Below are positions 60,088 to 64,000 of a stretch of 64,000 nucleotides of DNA, piece by piece (within the stretch, counting starts at the first letter, position 1; every line of letters begins with the position of its first letter). Below the pieces are notes generated by a model that was not told the DNA's origin, ran no database searches, and saw only the letters and a list, made by a program, of their open reading frames with translations. Position numbers and translations under genes: made by a program. This stretch comes from Tubulanus polymorphus (lineage: Eukaryota > Animalia > Nemertea). Location: the NCBI RefSeq assembly GCF_964204645.1, contig NC_134029.1, positions 18,470,950 through 18,534,949 of the forward strand. Direction: 5' to 3'.

Positions 60088-63000
60088 AAAATGTCTTACA
60101 ATTTCACCTAGCTTACCAAAACCATTTTCGATTGGGGCTGTAGGTCTTTTTGCCGATGCCTGAGACATTCAAAACATTTAGCAGAATGACCTTGAAAAGA
60201 AAAAACGATTCAAGAAGCTTATTTTCAACTGGTCCAGTGTTGCTGTATGAATGCATGTTCATATATGTACAGTAGACTTCGCCTAACTCGGACCAATCGG
60301 GACCTGCCAAATTGGTCTGAGGTAAGCAAAAGTCTGAGTTAAGGACAGGAATAAGGTTAGCAAGTCACAAAAATGCTAGTCTAAAGTCTTAGTTGGCCAT
60401 GTCTGAGTAAGGCGAGCTTTACTTTATGCGAATTCCCCAAAGCAGTGACAATATTTTTCTAATAAACCAGGTCTGAAATTCTTTTCACAAGAAAGTCATC
60501 ATCATCAACATCATCGTATGGAATTTGATGTATGTAATGGTAATGCATACCATAATGTAATTGATGAAGCTAATTGTGTCTGCTATCAATGACCACCCAT
60601 TGTTTTGATAAGTTGTGAAACACCGTATCCAGACTGCTGTGGAATTCAGACATCCTATTATAGAGCGGAGGCATTAGTTTTCTTCGGTTAAACTTTCAGT
60701 CATGTCAACAAGGTGAACCTATTTTGTAGGGCTGGATGCAGAAGCAAATTTGGGGGCCTTAAAAGGCACACTGCCGAACAAGAGCATACTGAACAAACTA
60801 AACAGTGGGTGCCCACTTCACAGGACAACTTAAAGTTTCAGGAAATATTCAGCCTCGGTCCAGAATTTCTCAGGACTCACTTTCAATGTAAACAAGGTCA
60901 ACTTATAAGTAGGGTTTGATGCCAGCATTTTTTGGGTCCTTAAAATTGGTCCAGAATTCGACTCACTATTTGTTATGGAGATTGAAAATGCCATTTGCTG
61001 GAAAAGATTTGAACATCTTACAGATTTTGACAGCCAACAAATTTTGCATTATATTTGTTGGTGTTATGGAATGCCAGTGTGACCAGCATTGAATTCTTCT
61101 GCAGCCATCAGGTTTACTTAGTTTTTGTTCGGGCTGTATTTTAGAAATTGTCACCAAAGTATCCATACACACGGTAAACATGTCATGCAGAATATGTGGG
61201 ACAATTTGCGAAATAGTCGGAAAAGAATGTCAGCTGTCAGCTGTGACCTATCGTTGTCTTTGCAGTATAAATACCAGCAAATTTTAGCGAAATATTAATT
61301 TCGCCAATTTCGCAGCTGTTCACCGGGCAGCCGTTTCTCCGCTCGCGCTAATACTTACCTATCGGACTGTTTGCGCTAATCGATTTCACCTTCATCACCG
61401 AACGCGATCTATTCACGACCGCATCGGTCGGCGCATTCGATCGCGCAATTGATGGATATTTAATCGTTTTTTCTTTTTTAACGGAATGATAATTTTACCT
61501 GTACATAAATGGCTGTTATACGTATAGGTTGTGTATATTGTTATAATCATCAGCTGTATATATGTACTGTAAGCGTTACATTGTGCCGATATAATACGTA
61601 CAAATAAAAGCATTGAGTATTACGTGTCTTTGGTGACCCGATTTGTAGTCAAGCAAAATATACGTCGCTTGTCGGTTGAGTTATTATTTCAACGAGAATG
61701 TTGAGTACGAGTTAAGTATGTTTTGTTCGCCGGTCGGAATGTTTGGACGATTCTCGCGAGGTCACAACGCGATCACGGGGGTTCGGTTGATAAGCCTAAT
61801 CGAGGAGGAGACACCGCTCGAACGAGGCAGTGCCATGACGAGAACCAGCGCGTTTCGACCGAAGTAGCGGCGTTATCGTAGCGCGCTCATTCGTTCGGAT
61901 ACTACTACCGATAGCGGACGGATAACGATACACAGCTCCGGGCTCTCGCCGTAAACGAGAAAGTCGCCGTTGTAGCGCGTAATTGCGTGCGCGCCGAAAA
62001 TCCGGGAATTATGAAGAATTGCAAGTTTCAATGCATGTGTCATCTTTGTCGTACGGGATTTAAACATCAGCATAGTAGTAACGTTATCGATATTCGAAGC
62101 CCGACGAAACGAATCTCGAAATTGGTATGTAGTTTTGACGATTATATATGCATTGTTTTGGCATCGCGCCATGCGAACTCTTCCGTTTTTTTAAACAGCA
62201 TGAATGAATGGAATAAGCCATAATTATTAGTGCATGTTGCGTTTGATACGAGTGAAACGTGATTCCGCATCGTGATTTCTAATCATTCGAATTTTTAATT
62301 AACTAATAACGAGAATGTAGATATTTCGTTACGTGAGTTGAATATGCCGTCCTGCAGATATCGCTTGCTCGCTTCTGTAATTATTGTCTCATGTATTCTA
62401 GATCGACGTGTACTGTACAAACGGTGTAGGTGTTTTATTATTTGCCACAAATTTGTGCGTAGAGGAAATGCCAGGGCTGGGCACATCGTACTGGAAGGTC
62501 GAAGATACTTCTCTCTTACCTTGATTAGAAGTAAAAGGGATCCCATAACCCTGGCTAGACTGTGGGTTTTTTTTTTAAAAACCTACAGTCTAGACCGGAG
62601 CACATTGTTGAATAATAATTGTTGTATACATTTTTCTAAACCATTCCATATAGCAATGAAAATGGTGCTTATTTCATCCATTTCTCTCACATCTTGAATG
62701 AATCCATTTTTCAGGGGTTCATATTCTTCCACTCCCCCCCCCCCCCATCAGCGCTTTGCGCAAACTTATTTACCCGGCAGCAACCCAGATATTTGTTAGT
62801 TATGAGATTAACGACCTCAGTACCTCAGTCCTTACGTCTCTTTTCCCTTCATTTGAAGTGGCTCTGGCTCTCAAAAGAACATCACAATGGATTTTGCATT
62901 GTAAAAATTGTAATGATTGTAAAAACATCGTAAACATGCATGTTTTAGTTTGTATTTCTATAATCCGTGGCACAGTCCTTGATTATTGTAAGTTATCGCG

Positions 63001-64000
63001 TTGAAATTCTTTAAGAAATACTAACGATTAATTTTAGTATTTCTTACAGAATTTCAAACCCCTTGAAATTTTCTGGAAACACCCATATAACAAGACGGCT
63101 TAATTGCGTTTGTATGATTTTCGGCAAGTTATAAGTTTATCATAATTCAATTAAAATCAATTGTGATTGAAATAACGTCACCCATCACTCCCCATGGGGA
63201 GGGGAGGGAGTTGCGGTGGTGCCTTGATTTCTGATATGATTTACTTAAGTCATTTGTTTACGCATTGCGAAGTTCTACTCCGTCATAATTAACCTGACTT
63301 TTTATCACTCAAGCATTGCAATATCTAATAGAAAAAGCTGTTTAGATGAGATATGATATTTGATTAGCTTTTTGTTTTGTATGATATGTAATAATACGAC
63401 GGACGATTTTATTCCAAATATCCCAATATAGATGGCATCAAAAATGGCATGAAAAATGTGTATTCTAACTCCTCTCCCAATTCGTGTTTTCACTGGAATT
63501 TCAAAATGCAGATTCAAAACCTTGCTATAACCCATTACAGCACCGTGTTCCATTGTTCTGATTGGTATTGATTACCTTATTGGTGATTAACTAATTTATC
63601 TTATATTTGTAACGAAATATATCCAAATATGAAGAAACAAATATATTCAAGTGAAGTAGAAATATGATTAAAATGCGCTAATCTCATAACTTGAGTACAT
63701 GAAGGAAGAAAACTGGAATGACATGGTAGCAATTATTGACCAGAAAGACCTTTGTAGCTATATCTTGACGATCAGAGCCCAGTTCTTGATTATTTGATTT
63801 CTATCAGAGTTGAAATTGTCCCGTACGATTTAATCCTACAGCAAAATTTTTGGATCTGGAAAAATGGAACACGGTCCTGTTATTGCTTTATAGTCCCCCT
63901 GTGAGCTGAGCCACATTTTCAGATTTTAGTGAAAACACGAATTTTGAAATACCAATTTAGTTACCCGTTTATCAGGAGTTGAAGCCTGATATAGAAATCA

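Overview
AT-rich, intron-rich, repeat-laden eukaryotic DNA, most consistent with a marine invertebrate (probably a lophotrochozoan; this is inference). No prokaryotic-type system or CRISPR array is present. Three genes are supported. (1) A mitochondrial-type branched-chain aminotransferase on the - strand (9 exons seen, 228-4499, one GC-AG intron, running off the left edge). (2) An intronless, divergent FMRFamide/sex-peptide-receptor-like GPCR on the - strand (11759-12922), with a decayed paralog fragment just upstream. (3) A large LMO7/LIMCH1/smallish-like gene on the + strand (coding exons 36352-54565; DUF4757-like, PDZ and coiled-coil motifs; LIM exons not found in the window). The most notable non-gene structures are a young Penelope-like insertion (GIY-YIG ORF, 277-bp inverted termini, 13-bp TSD) inside a 4-kb cluster of hammerhead-ribozyme motifs, a transposon that supplies the GPCR's C-terminus and stop codon, a nested Harbinger element with a MADF remnant, and many MITE copies. 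All coordinates were read by eye and may be off by a few bases.
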